From Mytilus edulis (lineage: Eukaryota), in NCBI RefSeq assembly GCF_963676685.1, contig NC_092345.1, positions 85,250,001 to 85,314,000 on the forward strand: a stretch of 64,000 nt of DNA, written 5' to 3'. Shown one piece after another: positions 28,001-41,385 of the stretch (position 1 is its first letter; the number at the start of each line of letters is the position of its first letter). A model generated the notes under the pieces. That model was given only the letters and a program-made list of their open reading frames with translations. It was not told the DNA's origin and did not search any database. Both the position numbers and the translations under genes were made by a program.

Positions 28001-31000
28001 AAGGCCTGAAATCTCACACAAAAAGGTGAATATGAAATGTATGATCAAGGTGTACAACTAATAGCCCAGATTTATCTTGAACAATTTACATGCCTGAAGA
28101 CTGTATTGCTGCCATCTTATTATTTTCAGTGGACACCAAGGAGAATCAAGGCTATAGCCAGAACAATAGCTGTGAATCATTGGTATAATCAAATTGTAGC
28201 TGTGATAGTCATTATACTTCTGTATGCTAGTGCCTTATTTCCTATGGTAAGTAAACCATAGCTGTGATAGTCATTATATTTCTGTATTCTAGTGCTTTAT
28301 TTCCTGTGGTAAGTTAACCTTGACCTAGTTTTCTATTCTTTAGACCAAGGACCTCAAATCAACAGACTCTAGGTCACTATCACTTATGGTTTACCAGTTA
28401 CAAATGTGTATCACTTATTTCAAATGCATTAAGGGAAATAACTCTCAAATGGAGTTCGTTTTGCTTCTGTCAAAATTGGACAAAAAATCCTGAGGGATAG
28501 CAAGATTTGGTAAAATAAATTCTTTTACGGTTACTGAGGAGATTTCACCACAAAGAAAACAGTGTTCTGAGAGATAACTCTTACAATAAAAAGTCTTCGA
28601 CTAAACAGGGTCAGTCTCAAAAACGCAATAACTGTTTGATATCATACACTAAAAATCTAAGCGACATCTTGCGTAATCACAAAACAGGGCACGTAACAAA
28701 TTTGGCGGAAGAAGAAAAAAATAATCATAACAAACGCAATAGGTCTTTCCAAAGAATAGATGAATGACGTAATTATATAATTTTATTAAGTGATCATATG
28801 ATTAGGTTGGATACTGTAATGTTAATATCACATTTAATTATACATTTATTACTTCTCAAATACTGTAAATTCAGAAATTATTGCATGCATTTATTATTGC
28901 AATTTTGTCATTTTAGACTTAAATGTGATTTAATTTTTATGATTTTGAGAAAAATCCTGTTTAATTCATATAAAATATTTCAAAATGCAAGTTTAATTAT
29001 TGCCTCTACAACTCTGTCGCATTTTTCACAATAATACATGTACAAACCTTGTATTAATTTCTGAATATACAGTATTACCTTCAGTTTATTAAGGGAACAT
29101 ATTTTCAGAAATGTTTTGTTATTGATCAGTAACAAGAGTGTTCCAAAAGTTATATTTGATTTTTTTTTATTACTAAATGCTTCCCATATATTTATTGTAA
29201 GTTTTATTGTAATTTCAGGTGTCTGTTTATCAGTATGATTTAAAAGAATGTCTTTCCACACATTTTGGTATTCCTGTATCATCAGTCAACCTAACACATC
29301 TGGACCAGGCCAATATCAGTCTTGGTATCGAGTATTCAATATGTAATCCTCTACATAAAACGTCACATTTTCCAGAGGTAAATATCATATATTTATTATA
29401 GTTTATTATGCTCAAAGGATCATGTGATATATTGCTTTTCATCTGTTATCATAGATTATCTGTGACTTGAGAACATATTTAAACTGATATCTATGAATTA
29501 CTGTATTGGCATGATACACAGAATTATTTGACATTTTCTATAGCAATGCTAACTTGCTAAGTATTGTGAGTAATTTGTGACCCTTTGATTGAAATGTTGA
29601 TCGGGAGTACACACTTTGCTTACAAGGATCTAGTCACCCTTCCTGTAGACTTTTGGGATCCTCTGGTTTTGTTATAATGATAAACACCTTTAAAAACTAG
29701 GCAGAAGACTGCATTGGCTGATGTCATATTAAAAAACCCAGAAAGTAAAACAAAACGTTTTCTGATCCATGTACAGTTAGCAACAGGCATGGACACATGA
29801 TCAGTATTTTATTCAGATTGTATTGTGACCTCAAATTGTTTATTACATTTCCAAAACAGAATACTATAAACTCTATTTTATTTTTCAGTATCTATCATTT
29901 TGTATGTTGTTGGTTATGATAGCATTAGGAGTGTTCATACAAGCCAGCAGTGTCCTGAAATTATTGGTATGGACTGTGATGGCATTCTTCCACTTGTTAT
30001 TGGTGGAAGTATTCTTTGTTGATCTCCTTAACAACAGAGATTTTCTTATTAGTGCTAACAGAGGGTAAGTTAATAAATAATTGCGATGTTCAAAATGCAA
30101 ACTTAATAGAAACAGATGATAAAACACAAAGCATTATAGTCATAGTAGATTCAATTATTCATAAATCCAAAAGAAATAAATCTATCTCATGGTCGTGACT
30201 ATTGTATATCTCTGATATTGGTGACTAAAGTGAAAATACTTCTATAAATTTGATTCACCCAAAGCACATTTCTGGATATACCTACACCAGGAACTGTCAA
30301 ATCCAAGAAAGTTGAAAGCCAGTGATGTATAAATACTTGTGGTGCCATGTGACCAAAAACGACCTAATAAGAATAGGCGAAAAAATGTACCTTATGTCAA
30401 CTTCACCTTAGGGACTTGGAATATTTTAATAATGTCTAATACCAACAAAGAATGTTATAAATCTGTGAGTGAAAATTGCTTTGATAATACCCTTGGGGAT
30501 AAGTAGTCCACCAGCAGTGGTTTGACTCAGGGATTAGTAGTCCACCAGCAGTGGTATTGACTCAATGGTTTAACTACTTTTGCTATCTATTTTCCAGACA
30601 GAAAATACATAAAGCAAAGGTGCAGTATGATAAAATAGGTAATCACTAGGATTTTGTAGAAGAATAAGTAATCAATAGGTTATGTATTTTAGTACTAGAA
30701 GAATAGGTTATCACTGGGATATTGTTGTAGAATGGGTAATCACTTGGGTATAGTGGTAAACAAGGTAGTCACTGGGATATTATAGAATGGGTATTCACAC
30801 GGAAATTGTGATAGAAAAGGTAATCACTGGTAAATTGTGGTAGAATTTGGACTATCTATTTGTTTTACATTTAACTTGGCTACAAGTTCTCCAGTATAGA
30901 CACTAAATTGACTTAATTAGTAGCTATAATTTTTTTTTCATTTGTAGAATTATTAGCTGTGATACGTGTATGTTGTCTATTTCTAGTATAAACACGTGGG

Positions 31001-34000
31001 ATACCTTGACGGTGATACCTCTGAAATGGGAGATAATTTTGTTTTTGATTTTCTTTGTGGTTTTGCTATTTGTACACAGTCAACAGGTTGAAGCAACTGC
31101 AAGATTGGATTTCTTATGGAAAATTCAGGTATTTATAAGTAATGTATGACTATATGATATATATTGTTTTTGCTGTAGTACCTTCTCTGCCTGTTTCAAA
31201 AGCTACACTAACATACATTTTTTTTAAAGGATAAGCGATCATTGGCCAAAATTTACAGGAGGCATTAATATGGTTATAAGGGTCCTCAGGATTATCATAC
31301 TATATCGGAGTGGTTATTTTTTTCCAGGAAAGGGTTTACAAAACAAAACATGTGCAAAATGTGAAAAAAAAACTCTGATCTCAATAAAATAATTCTGTAA
31401 AATAAAAAAAATTGTCCTAGATCCCAATCTGCCGTTCAGAACAAATAGCTTTAAGTTTAGGTCCTGACTTGCAAAACTGACCCTTTCTGAACATTGTTCA
31501 CTAAACATTGCCAAATTTTAATAATATGGAACAGAACACTTTAAAACCGGTCTCTCTCCAATTAATCATTGTTTTATATTATAGGCTACAGAAGAGAAAG
31601 AACAGATGGAAAGTTTACGAGCATACAATCTCAAACTGATAGCAAATATATTACCTCTACATGTGGCTGAGAATTTCCTCAAAAATCAACACAAGAAAGA
31701 TGAGGTAAATATTCCATTGTGGCTGTATTATGTTTGTATAAATGTCATAAATGTTTTTGAAAAATCTAGCTTTTTTCCATTCTTTATCTGGAGAGTTTCT
31801 GAAACATATTTATTATACTTAATGTCAATAAGAGCATCCTAAGATCCAAGGTTATAAAAAAAAGACATGTTGATATCAGAAACACAAATAATTTTTATAT
31901 GAAGTAACCAAATATTATTTATATTTTAAAAGAAATGAAATTTTGAGATGTTATTGTAATATCATGGTTTTACTTCTCAGTAGTTTCTTGTGTTTGACAC
32001 CGTTCAATAGATTAAGTAAATTTAACAAAAGGCGTTCTAATCGTTGTAGATGGGATATAACAATGATTTTATTATCTTACAGGATCTGTACCATTTAGAT
32101 ATAGACAACACAGGTATTATGTTTGCATCTATTGCCAACTTTAATGATTTCTACATTGAGTTAGAGGGCAACAATGAAGGAGTGGAATGCCTGAGGCTGT
32201 TGAATGAAATAATAGCTGATTTTGATGAGGTAGGAGTTATACCTTAGATAACACCTTAGTTTATATACCAGGTTCCATAAGATCATCTAAACTTTCCCGA
32301 ATATGCTCTTGAGTAAGTGTGCAAAACATGTCTTTAATTTAGCTCTTCAGTCATATTGCTTTAGGGTTTAATATTTTACTCATTGTTTCGAATTTCTATA
32401 CATAACTGGTTTAGAATCATTCTCAAAATTTGTTTCTATAACACTGATTTTCACAACAAAATTTTGTCACTTTGATTCAGAACTGAAGTTTAAATATAAG
32501 ATTTTTATATGGAGTATATTTAATCAGTTATTGTTTATATTTTTAGATCATCAGTGAGGAGAGATTTAAATGTTTAGAAAAAATCAAAACAATAGGATCG
32601 AGTTATATGACAGCCTCAGGTTTAACTAAGGAAACAAACTATGCTGACATGAGGCATATTGTAGCCCTGGCAGAGTTTGCTTTCTCACTCAGAGAACAAC
32701 TCCAGTATGTCAATGAACATTCATTCAATAACTTCAAGTTAAGGATAGGTAAGTCTGAAATCAGGTTTTTAAGACAGATAGTGTTGAATTAGCTAAAAAG
32801 ATTCATTAAGGTGGTACCTAACACTACAGGGAGATAACTCTGTAAAATCAGCTTAACGTTTTGATTACGTTTTGTTGTTAAGGGAATATCAAGCTTCTCA
32901 ATGATCAAAATAAGTGTTTGTCAAACTGCTACATAACCAGTATAATTTTTCTGATAAAACGGTTGGTTCAAATTTTTTGAAATTTTTATATTTTTGTAAA
33001 AGGGTTAAAGTAAATACTTTGTCAAAATTTAAAGAAAATTAAACGAGCCAAATTAATTTTAGTTAAAGTGTTTGGTACCACCTTAAAAACCTTAGCTTAT
33101 AAAGTGAAGAAATGTTATAATTTAGACTACATAAAGGACAGTTATATGTTATAAAAGTTAAAAGTAAAAATGGTAATTTGCACTTAATTTTGTATTCTTT
33201 TCATTAATTGCTATGTTTAAACACACAAAGTTAATGCATTTCTAGCATTATGGGTTCATCCTATATATAATTTAAAGAAATGATGTTAGGAAAGAGGGGT
33301 GAAAGATACCAGAGGGACAGTCAAACTCATAAATTAAAAATAAACTCACAATGCCATGGCTAACAAAGAAAAAGACAAACACATATAATAGTACACAAAA
33401 CACAACATATTAAAATTAAAGACCAAGCAACACGAACCCCACCAAAAACTGGGGGTGATCTCAGCTGCTCCGGAAGGGGAAGCAGATCCTGCTCCACATG
33501 TGTTTATGTTAACATGATTCATTCTTGAAAACAGTAATCCCACAAAATTATTTTCAGAAACACTGAATATTTCTACTGTTTGTTAAAGTGAAAATTCCAT
33601 GAAAATCTCTCCGAGGAAGTAATTTAACTATACTTTTTGGGGAAATATTATGTTTTTTGTTTACATAAAATATACAGTAAATGTACATAAAACTTTAATT
33701 TTTAAAACTAGTAGTAGAAAATATCTTCAATATGACTTCTTTGTGTAGGTATGAATATTGGACCTATAGTGGCAGGTGTAATTGGTGCTAGGAAACCTCA
33801 CTATGATATCTGGGGAAACAGTGTAAATGTGGCAAGTCGCATGGATAGTACTGGTGTTCAGGATCGTATACAGGTAAGCAATCTGAAATCAATTATGAAT
33901 AAAAGTTTAGAAAAGGATGAATTGAGTTAAACCAATTAGTTGTCAACCAAACAGCACTGGTTTACCAAAAAAAAACTCTCCATGATTATGACCTTCAACA

Positions 34001-34705
34001 ATGATCAAGCATTCAAACAAGAAAACTTACAGCCTAATTAATGTACAAAAAATGAGTGAAAAACAAATATGTAACACAGCAACAATGCTTACTTCTGAAT
34101 TATAGATCATATTTGTATAATCTCTTCTAGGTGGAGGATGAGTGCAAAGTAGGTTTTTGATAACACACTATATATTTGTAATTAATTTCATATCTTACAA
34201 TCAATATCAATTTTTAAAATAGAAACCAATGTGACCTGTAAGTGCATAATCATTTGATAATTCATGAAACTTTTTAGAACTTCTTTATTATCCTATGTGG
34301 CAATGTGGTGCAGGGAACTTGGAAATACTGGATGTAGCAAACTTACTAGAATTTTATGAAATTTATACCAAAGAGTCATTTCAGCAATGCCTTAGAAAAG
34401 TTTGAAAATCAGTGCCAAATATTTAAGAGTTATGACCATTGGAAATATGATATATTAGAAATATTTAATTGTAAGTGCCCTCAAGCCTACATTTGTTGTA
34501 GGATTATTATTAATAACTTTTACTTGCATTTATTTATAGAAAGTTCATTTTTCTTTTGAAATAGGTCACCCAGGAAATACACAATATTTTACATAAGAAA
34601 GGGTATGTTCTTGAGTGCCGAGGAATTGTTAGAGTCAAAGGAAAGGGTGACATGACAACCTATTTTCTTACAGACAGGCCACCAGTAGCTTACAGTAAAG
34701 CTTGA
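12246..34705 (+). CDS. ADCY5: Adenylate cyclase type 5/6-like, 19 coding exons, about 1151 aa (whole-gene span)
   Basis: The exons listed below join in frame at GT-AG junctions (3456 nt). Motifs: [35 protein letters not shown]1 [46 protein letters not shown]2 [41 protein letters not shown], and two hydrophobic multi-TM blocks. Confidence 0.93.
13586..13795. mobile_element. TA-flanked MITE (Tc1/mariner-like); other copies at about 24218-24397 and 28861-29074
   Basis: TA-CTGTAAATTCAGAAATTATTGCG ... CGCAATAATTTCTGAATTTACAG-TA. Confidence 0.8.
14610..14759 (+). CDS. ADCY5: ADCY coding exon 2
   Basis: GIANALIF...[25 protein letters not shown]; tgcag| acceptor and |gtaata donor. Confidence 0.92.
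17216..18533 (+). mobile_element. HINE-like element, family A, copy 2
   Basis: Same termini as 5881-6888, (GTC)n, and 5 internal repeats of about 161 bp. Confidence 0.7.
18602..18723 (+). CDS. ADCY5: ADCY coding exon 3
   Basis: [41 protein letters not shown]. Confidence 0.93.
19909..20274 (+). mobile_element. TTAA-flanked MITE (Kolobok/piggyBac-like), internally deleted copy
   Basis: TTAA|GGGGGTTCGCGGGT ... ACCCTCGAGCCTCC|TTAA. Confidence 0.75.
20402..20641 (+). CDS. ADCY5: ADCY coding exon 4 (C1a)
   Basis: [10 protein letters not shown]...[16 protein letters not shown]...MGLDMIEAI. Confidence 0.95.
21005..21197 (+). repeat. Common interspersed repeat (partial copies at about 3530-3610 and 15758-15845)
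   Basis: Shared GGTGGCCTTCGG...GTTGTTGTCTCTTTG(G/A)CACATTCCCCATTTCCATTCTCAATTTT. Confidence 0.6.
21890..22452 (-). mobile_element. Same TTAA-flanked MITE, longer copy in inverted orientation
   Basis: TTAA|GGAGGCTTGCGGGT ... ACCCGCGAGCCCCC|TTAA. Confidence 0.78.
23194..23352 (+). CDS. ADCY5: ADCY coding exon 5 (C1a)
   Basis: [19 protein letters not shown]...MEAGGLPG. Confidence 0.95.
23513..23660 (+). CDS. ADCY5: ADCY coding exon 6
   Basis: [40 protein letters not shown]... Confidence 0.92.
24088..24203 (+). CDS. ADCY5: ADCY coding exon 7 (C1b)
   Basis: [21 protein letters not shown]...IHQK; needed to reconcile phase 0 of exon 6 with phase 2 of exon 8; donor |gtaagt. Confidence 0.8.
24962..25118 (+). 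CDS. ADCY5: ADCY coding exon 8
   Basis: [42 protein letters not shown]. Confidence 0.92.
25916..26013 (+). CDS. ADCY5: ADCY coding exon 9
   Basis: [32 protein letters not shown]; ttcag| acceptor and |gtaagt donor. Confidence 0.88.
27199..27283 (+). CDS. ADCY5: ADCY coding exon 10 (TM)
   Basis: [28 protein letters not shown]; phases match both neighbours. Confidence 0.82.
28130..28246 (+). CDS. ADCY5: ADCY coding exon 11 (TM)
   Basis: [39 protein letters not shown]. Confidence 0.85.
29219..29377 (+). CDS. ADCY5: ADCY coding exon 12 (extracellular loop)
   Basis: [12 protein letters not shown]...[12 protein letters not shown]; N-glycosylation sequons NLT and NIS. Confidence 0.85.
29889..30064 (+). 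CDS. ADCY5: ADCY coding exon 13 (TM)
   Basis: [28 protein letters not shown]...[12 protein letters not shown]. Confidence 0.88.
30987..31128 (+). CDS. ADCY5: ADCY coding exon 14
   Basis: ...[21 protein letters not shown]. Confidence 0.92.
31585..31704 (+). CDS. ADCY5: ADCY coding exon 15
   Basis: [32 protein letters not shown]. Confidence 0.93.
32083..32229 (+). CDS. ADCY5: ADCY coding exon 16 (C2a)
   Basis: [37 protein letters not shown]. Confidence 0.95.
32547..32748 (+). CDS. ADCY5: ADCY coding exon 17 (C2a)
   Basis: [17 protein letters not shown]...[13 protein letters not shown]. Confidence 0.95.
32810..33082. mobile_element. Second TTAA-flanked MITE family; inverted copy at about 27725-27997
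   Basis: TTAA|GGTGGTACCTAACACT ... AGTGTTTGGTACCACC|TTAA. Confidence 0.78.
33749..33873 (+). CDS. ADCY5: ADCY coding exon 18 (C2a)
   Basis: [41 protein letters not shown]. Confidence 0.95.
34565..34705 (+). CDS. ADCY5: ADCY terminal coding exon 19
   Basis: [35 protein letters not shown]...YSKA*. Confidence 0.93.
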   Translation, partial: VTQEIHNILHKKGYVLECRGIVRVKGKGDMTTYFLTDRPPVAYSKA

Positions 34706-36822
34706 AACATTCCACATAATTACAATCAGTGATGTGCAAAACAGTATGAAGATATATGTTGTCATGGAAACAGTTTCTTTGTATGATTGCATAATCTTCT
34801 ATATTCAAGTTTGGAGAGAAAACTTGTGAATGGTAGACCTTGGCTCTATACTACCACTAATTGTACTATATTGCTACTAATTGTACTATACTGCCCATAA
34901 TGTACTATACTGCCACTAATTGTACAGCCGGTTTTGAAAAATTAATCTATAAGGAATTGTGATCTTCAAATTTTGTTTTATATAAGAATTAAAAAAAGAA
35001 TTACAAACAATATTCAAGACAACTACTAAAACACCCTTTTAAATGTTTTTAATAAAACTGGGTTTTTTTATCGGAAGAAAATTATAAAAGTAAATTGATT
35101 TTTTGTGAAGCATAATTGATTTTATTGATGTTAATTTTTTACCAAAACAAATTTTAACCAGGTCAGGGACAACACAGTTGTTTCTGTGCCTTATTTTAAC
35201 CTGTCACGACGAAATAGGACACAGACCATCAGTGGTAACGTCTTGTGTCAAATCTTCAATGACTGGTGATATGCCAGGTTAATCTAAAGGGCCTTTTTTT
35301 ATGCATAGTTATGCACAATGTTCATTTCTATGGAGACCAGCTATCATTTGATTTTGAAATTTTCAGATTTGTCATTTCATAGTTATGGGACCTAAATTAA
35401 AGGTAATTTGATAAAGAAAAAGCATGTCTTATGATAAATAACAAGGTTTTTTATTTATTTTTTAAATTTACAAAAAAGCACATCTTTAAAAATACATTTT
35501 TCATCGGTAATTTAAGGGATACTGCAAATTGTAATTCCAGAGTAAAATGAATTATTTGTAATGTCTAACAAAGTCCATTATTTATTTCATAAAACATGAA
35601 GGTAAATCAGCAGCAGAATAAATGAGCATGAAAATCAATAATCTGAAGTGACTGCATAAAAACTATATAACATAAGTAACCAACAACAGTGGCTATGGCT
35701 TGCTAGGAATAGCTGTAATTTGGCACAAATACATTTATACATTGGTCCTAGCTATAACTTAATATGTTTAGTAATACATATCATATTTTTTAGTCCTTTG
35801 ATATTATGTATGGTTCTATTTAAGTATTATGTAAGTGCAATTATATAATTTATTTTCCTGCCAAAATGTTTATATTTTATTTTCATGTCAAATTTCTATT
35901 TTGGCTCATCATATTTGCTAATTTATGTTAAAGATCTAGTCAGTTTTGTCATGTTATTGTTATAAGTTTAGTATACTATTAAGATAATTTGTTATTATGG
36001 TATTTCCTCTAATATAACTGCAAAACTTTTGTGATATTACTTATACATATATATGTTATGGGTAGTAATCTTTCATTTATAATAGTAGAGGACAATTAAA
36101 AATAAAACTAGCTATGCCCATTTCAAGACAAAAATGTAAAAATGTTTTTTATTTGCTATTGAGCATTCCTGATGAAGGTAATTTTGATAACCTATTTGGT
36201 CAATATTCATTTTTGTTTTGTATTATAAATTAGTGCAGTATGAAACTTTGGTTGGGATTGTTCTCATTTCAGTTCTATTCATAAGTCAGTGAAATATTTT
36301 ATCAGTATCAATTATAACAACAATGAATTGATATCATTCCCTTTCTGTTGTGATCTCATTTAATTTTTATCAATATATGTTATACACACTACAATATAAT
36401 ATTGTTTTGTTTCATAAATCATGTAAATGTAAGATACATTTTAATATACACTATCACATTATTCTTGATGAATGTCATGGTTGTGTTTTGTATTGTATCA
36501 GTGTCATTATCAATAACATGAAATCCTTGTTATAAATGTGATTGCTCAGATAATTTATTAATTGTTTAATTTATGACAAGATTTTTGTTGGACACATTTT
36601 TGTGTTTAAATAATTTGAAATTCAGTAAAAATATTTCATAATAACTATTGTGAATCGGTTAAGAACAAGATTGACAGTCTTACAGTAGAATGAAGTTGTA
36701 AATCTTGTTTATAAATAGATTGCTAGATTATTCCTTAATGTCCAACAATGTGGCAACTATTTTGTCAATATTCAGGACTAGAACTTAAGATGCATTAAAT
36801 CAGTAAGGCAGATGCAAACAAG

Positions 36823-37592
36823 GGGAGAGATCCGTTTGCGCCAAAAATACGTCCTTTTGCGCCACAACTTTTTTCTTCAATGCTCCGTTTGTGCCACCTG
36901 TTTTAAAATTACATGGTATCATTTGCGCCAAAAATAAAACATACGATTGCGCCAATTTGAAAAAAAATGACTTCCCTCCTCCTTTATTAGGACTTTGAAC
37001 CGGCAGTTTATACATGGCAAATGTTTCCTTTTCTGAAACATACTTTCTTCTTACTGCTGCTCCATGGGTACAATGTATGTAGTAGCTTGTGACTTCCCTT
37101 TATTGTCCAAAAAGACAAATATTGAAGAATTAAATGCATAAAACCGTTCATAATAATTACTGGGGAATGCTTCAGCTCCATTACTGGTACGTCTTGCGGT
37201 CGATAGAGTTTCAGTCCATATGGATGGTGGAAACAAATCACTGTGTTATCAACATATGTGGTTAAACATAATCAGCAAAAGGTTTTATTTTCTTCTCTTT
37301 TGCATAACTTGAATTAAATATTAAGCAGAGCAATAAGTTTTCTTCTCTCTATGTATATGGACTGTCTAGTGCATTTCAAGTCATTTCTCTCCAGATGCTC
37401 ATCTTCATGGTGCAATATCTCTGAACATATGATACTTTTTAAGCAAAAATGAGAATAAATAGATAGATATGTGTACAGGTAAATTGGCGCTAATGAGTTC
37501 CGAAAATTGGTGCAATTGATACATTTGGAAAAATATATTTGGCGCAAATGATACCCCTGAAAAACAGTAATTGGCGCAAAAGGACTGCTTCC
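36823..37592. mobile_element. Non-autonomous DNA transposon with 8-bp TSD and subterminal TTGCGCCA arrays
   Basis: CAAACAAG at 36815-36822 and 37593-37600; about 5 TTGCGCCA-type motifs on the left and about 4 inverted TGGCGCAA-type motifs on the right. Confidence 0.72.
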
Positions 37593-40500
37593 CAAACAAG
37601 TGGCTGTAATAGGAGAAAGACATTAGTTTTGACAACTAGAAATTGATGACATGATGGAAAGGTTTTGAAAGTTTGCATTGCAACTTGTCACCTACATAAT
37701 CCTATTTACTGCAAGGGTTCTTGCTGATGGCAATGAACAATATCCAGGTAAAATCATAGTTAATAGCCTCATTTTGACCTGATGTTTTTTAAAAGTTTGA
37801 ATATTATCAATTTTTTCAGACTTCACCATTTTGAAAACATTAAAATGCACTGATATGAAATCCATTTACATAGTTAAATCAGAAATCACACAATTTATAC
37901 AAGAGTCCTCTTCTCTGCCCCACAATTTCAAGAAAATTACATTTATGATGTTAAATATTTTTCCTTTGACATTTACATAAATTTGAAATGTAACCAATTT
38001 GAAATCAGCTCTCCTACATGGGTCCTAGTGGTATGGTAATTTTGAGCTGTTCTTATCTTTTATAGGCTGTTAGGTATTTTATTGTATATAATCAGCAATA
38101 CCTTTCTCTGAAATTGCAGACTGAATAAATTATAAATCAAATGGAATAATGATTACTGCAGAAAATTAGAATCGCCCTATTTTCTTTAATTTAATCTTTG
38201 TCAGTAGACAATGACTGTTTATTATTACTTTTGGAAATTAAAGATAGGTCTGTTTTCTTGCTTGTGATTTCCAAAGTAAAACAATAATATATTTTTTTTA
38301 ATGTCTTTACATTTTTTATTTAGGCTTAAGTAATTAATCATCATCCACATAACCTCTATAGCTCAATGAAATTAAAAGCTCAATGAATCAATGGCATAAA
38401 TCATAAAATCATAAAGAAGGAACTCCATTATAATTCCAATATGTTATACAGTCATAGACCAAGTCTCATACTAATTCTAGTCAAGTGTTTTATGCCTGAA
38501 GATATTTTTTATTTTTTACTAAATCATGACATAAGACAATTACAATCATTTATGATATTATTATTTAAGGTTTATAACAAAATCTAGTCAATTATACAAA
38601 CTATTTATTGATTTGTAATGTTCTACTGTAATATTTAATTTTTACTGACTTTGCTTTCATTGACGTGCATTTATTTGACTAGGTAGAAAGCTTTAAGGAA
38701 ATAGGATATTTGTTTTGTAGAATGAAAATGGTTTGAAAAGAATACATGTATTTAAACTTTAACTTCTTGCTTTAATACTTAAGATTTATCATCTTGCTTT
38801 AATACTTAAGATTTATCATCTTGCTTTAATGTTAGTGTAATAACAAAATGTAAATCAAACATTCCATTTGAAGTGGTGAAGTACATGGTGTTTTAAACTA
38901 ATAAAATATTTATATTTTAAGTGGGAATAAAAACGTTTAAAAACATTTCAAGTTGGGTTAAAAGATAGTGAATGTTTTAATCAGTGAATGAACCCTTTTA
39001 TTTTTTATTGATGTTGATATTTCATTGTTATCTGAATAAATGTTATATTTCTTATAATACATTATTGTGTTATCATTTACAACCTTTTCTGAAGACCTCA
39101 ATTCCACCATCTTCAGTTTCATAGTTTGTGTTAGAGGTACATACTCATTCACAGTAAAATGAATAACAAGAGAGAAGTATAAGTAGCAACCAAAAGAAGA
39201 GCAAAGAATGGAGTACTGGGTTTCAAGGAGATGTGGAATATGCAGAAATAAGCATCAACATAAATTGCCAAAAGGTTTTTAGAAGTCAAAATACTGTCTC
39301 TAAAAATAGAAAGTTGTTAAGTTAATATGCCAAGCTCTAAAATGTCCCTAGTCGACTAAAGATATGAATAAAACAGGCAATATATACCAAAAGGGATATT
39401 GAAACCCATAAGTAGAAAACAAACAATGCCATGGCAAAAAAGAAAAAAAGATGAAAGACAAACAACAGTAACCAAAAGACAACATAGCTAACTAGACTGG
39501 GCAAAAACTTTCGGTGGTCTTAGATGTTCCGGAAGGATAACAAAATCCTGCTACCATTTGTCACCCTTTGTGTTGCTCTGACATGCATGTACACATTTGA
39601 GGAAATTAGGATGTGGTCTCAACATTTGGAACATATCTGTCATCATCTGGGAAAAAGATATTTGGCATAACGGTCAACCAACTTGTGCATAATTGTGTCC
39701 GTAAAACATTTGAAAGTATGATTTCAACTTCATACTTGGAACTTTTTGTTTCACTAGCTTCTTTGTAAGCAGAAACCCTCTTTGAATTTGAATAAGATAG
39801 GACAAGAAAGAACTGCTGACAAGGTGCCTGACTGGGGACATGCACTGGAATACATGGCGTAGTTAACTAGTTTATTTGATATCTCAATATCCTACCTTTC
39901 AATGCCAACATGTGGACAAAATAAATGTAGATGAAAGAGAAAACAATGAAAAATTGGACAGGAAAATAACCTCTTTACTCTAATAAAATTATATTGTGGG
40001 TATTATGAATAACAAAAGCAAGCACAAAAACAAATACTAATATACCGTATTAAAGAATGCTCAAAGTAATTAATAGCAAGTTCAAAAACTTTATTTGGAT
40101 CTTAAATAAAGATACGATTTACTACAGAATCAAGTACAAACAAGCCAATAACACTTATATAGCGTATTGGATAACAAACAGTGAGAACCCTTCAATTTCC
40201 AGTCAAAATTGTTTGAGCTAAAAGCAAAAATTTCACCTAACTTAGTTCGATGATTTCTGATGATTATTGTTTGTTATTTGTTGCTGTATATCATATTTTT
40301 TTCGTTTTTTGTTTTGTACATAAATAAGGCCGTTTATTGGATCTATTGAATTGTTCTACATTTTTCATTTCAATCAATATTTAGTTCACTATGCGGTGTG
40401 GGCAATGCTCATTGTTAAAGACCGCACAGTGAGCCATAGTTGTTAACGTCTATGTCGTATTGATCTCTGATGAAGAGTTGTCTCATTGGCAATCATACCA

Positions 40501-41385
40501 GTCAATCTATATTATCAATAATTCAGCTAGGGTAATTTCTTTGAAAAAAAGTTTTGTAGGAAAACAACTTCGGTTAACTTGATAACCAAAACAACTGCAA
40601 ATTAATATGAAAATGAGGTTTTGGCGCGTTTAAATCTTTCCAATGTGTCAATTATAATATTACGTACTTAATTAAACATAAATTATATGAATTTGCTTCT
40701 AGAGATACTAAATTATCCCATACGGATAAATTTAAAATAAGAATTTATACTGGGGATCATCATCATACAACCCCTTATATGACACCAATGCGTTGAAGAG
40801 AAATATTTAAAAAAGCAAACAACATTCAATCATCACTTTCACCTTTGGATTTTCAGTGGTAATCGATGATTAAAATAGATGGTTCCTAAATATTTTATGT
40901 TGACTCCAGAAAGTTAAACCAAATAACCAACCAAAACTTATACCCATTACCGTATATATATGATATATAAACAGTGTAAGGAAAAGCTCGTTATTTTTAT
41001 TTTTTAAGACATGAAGACGAATTTGTAAAATTTCAGTGTACAAGAAAGACCGAAAGAAGAGGTTATTTGCGATCCACGACGGTTTATTTACATTTGCGCA
41101 TGAGAGTGGGATACTCAACTTTAAATGGAAATACAAAAAAACTGTCTGAGTCTGATATGCAATATTATTAGACATGATGCTTTTTTTATTTAGATATTGA
41201 CCGATCTTAAACATTCGTTCTTTTTTGAAGAGTAGAAGACTGTACAATTAAGATGTAAAAACTTTGAAGTTTCAAATGTTGCAAAGAGTTGAATTTCAAG
41301 GAAATTAAATTGTGCGAAAATAGAGATTCATACTAACTGAAGTGGCATTTTGTGAGGTCTTTCGGAGTTGACCATTTTGATAATT

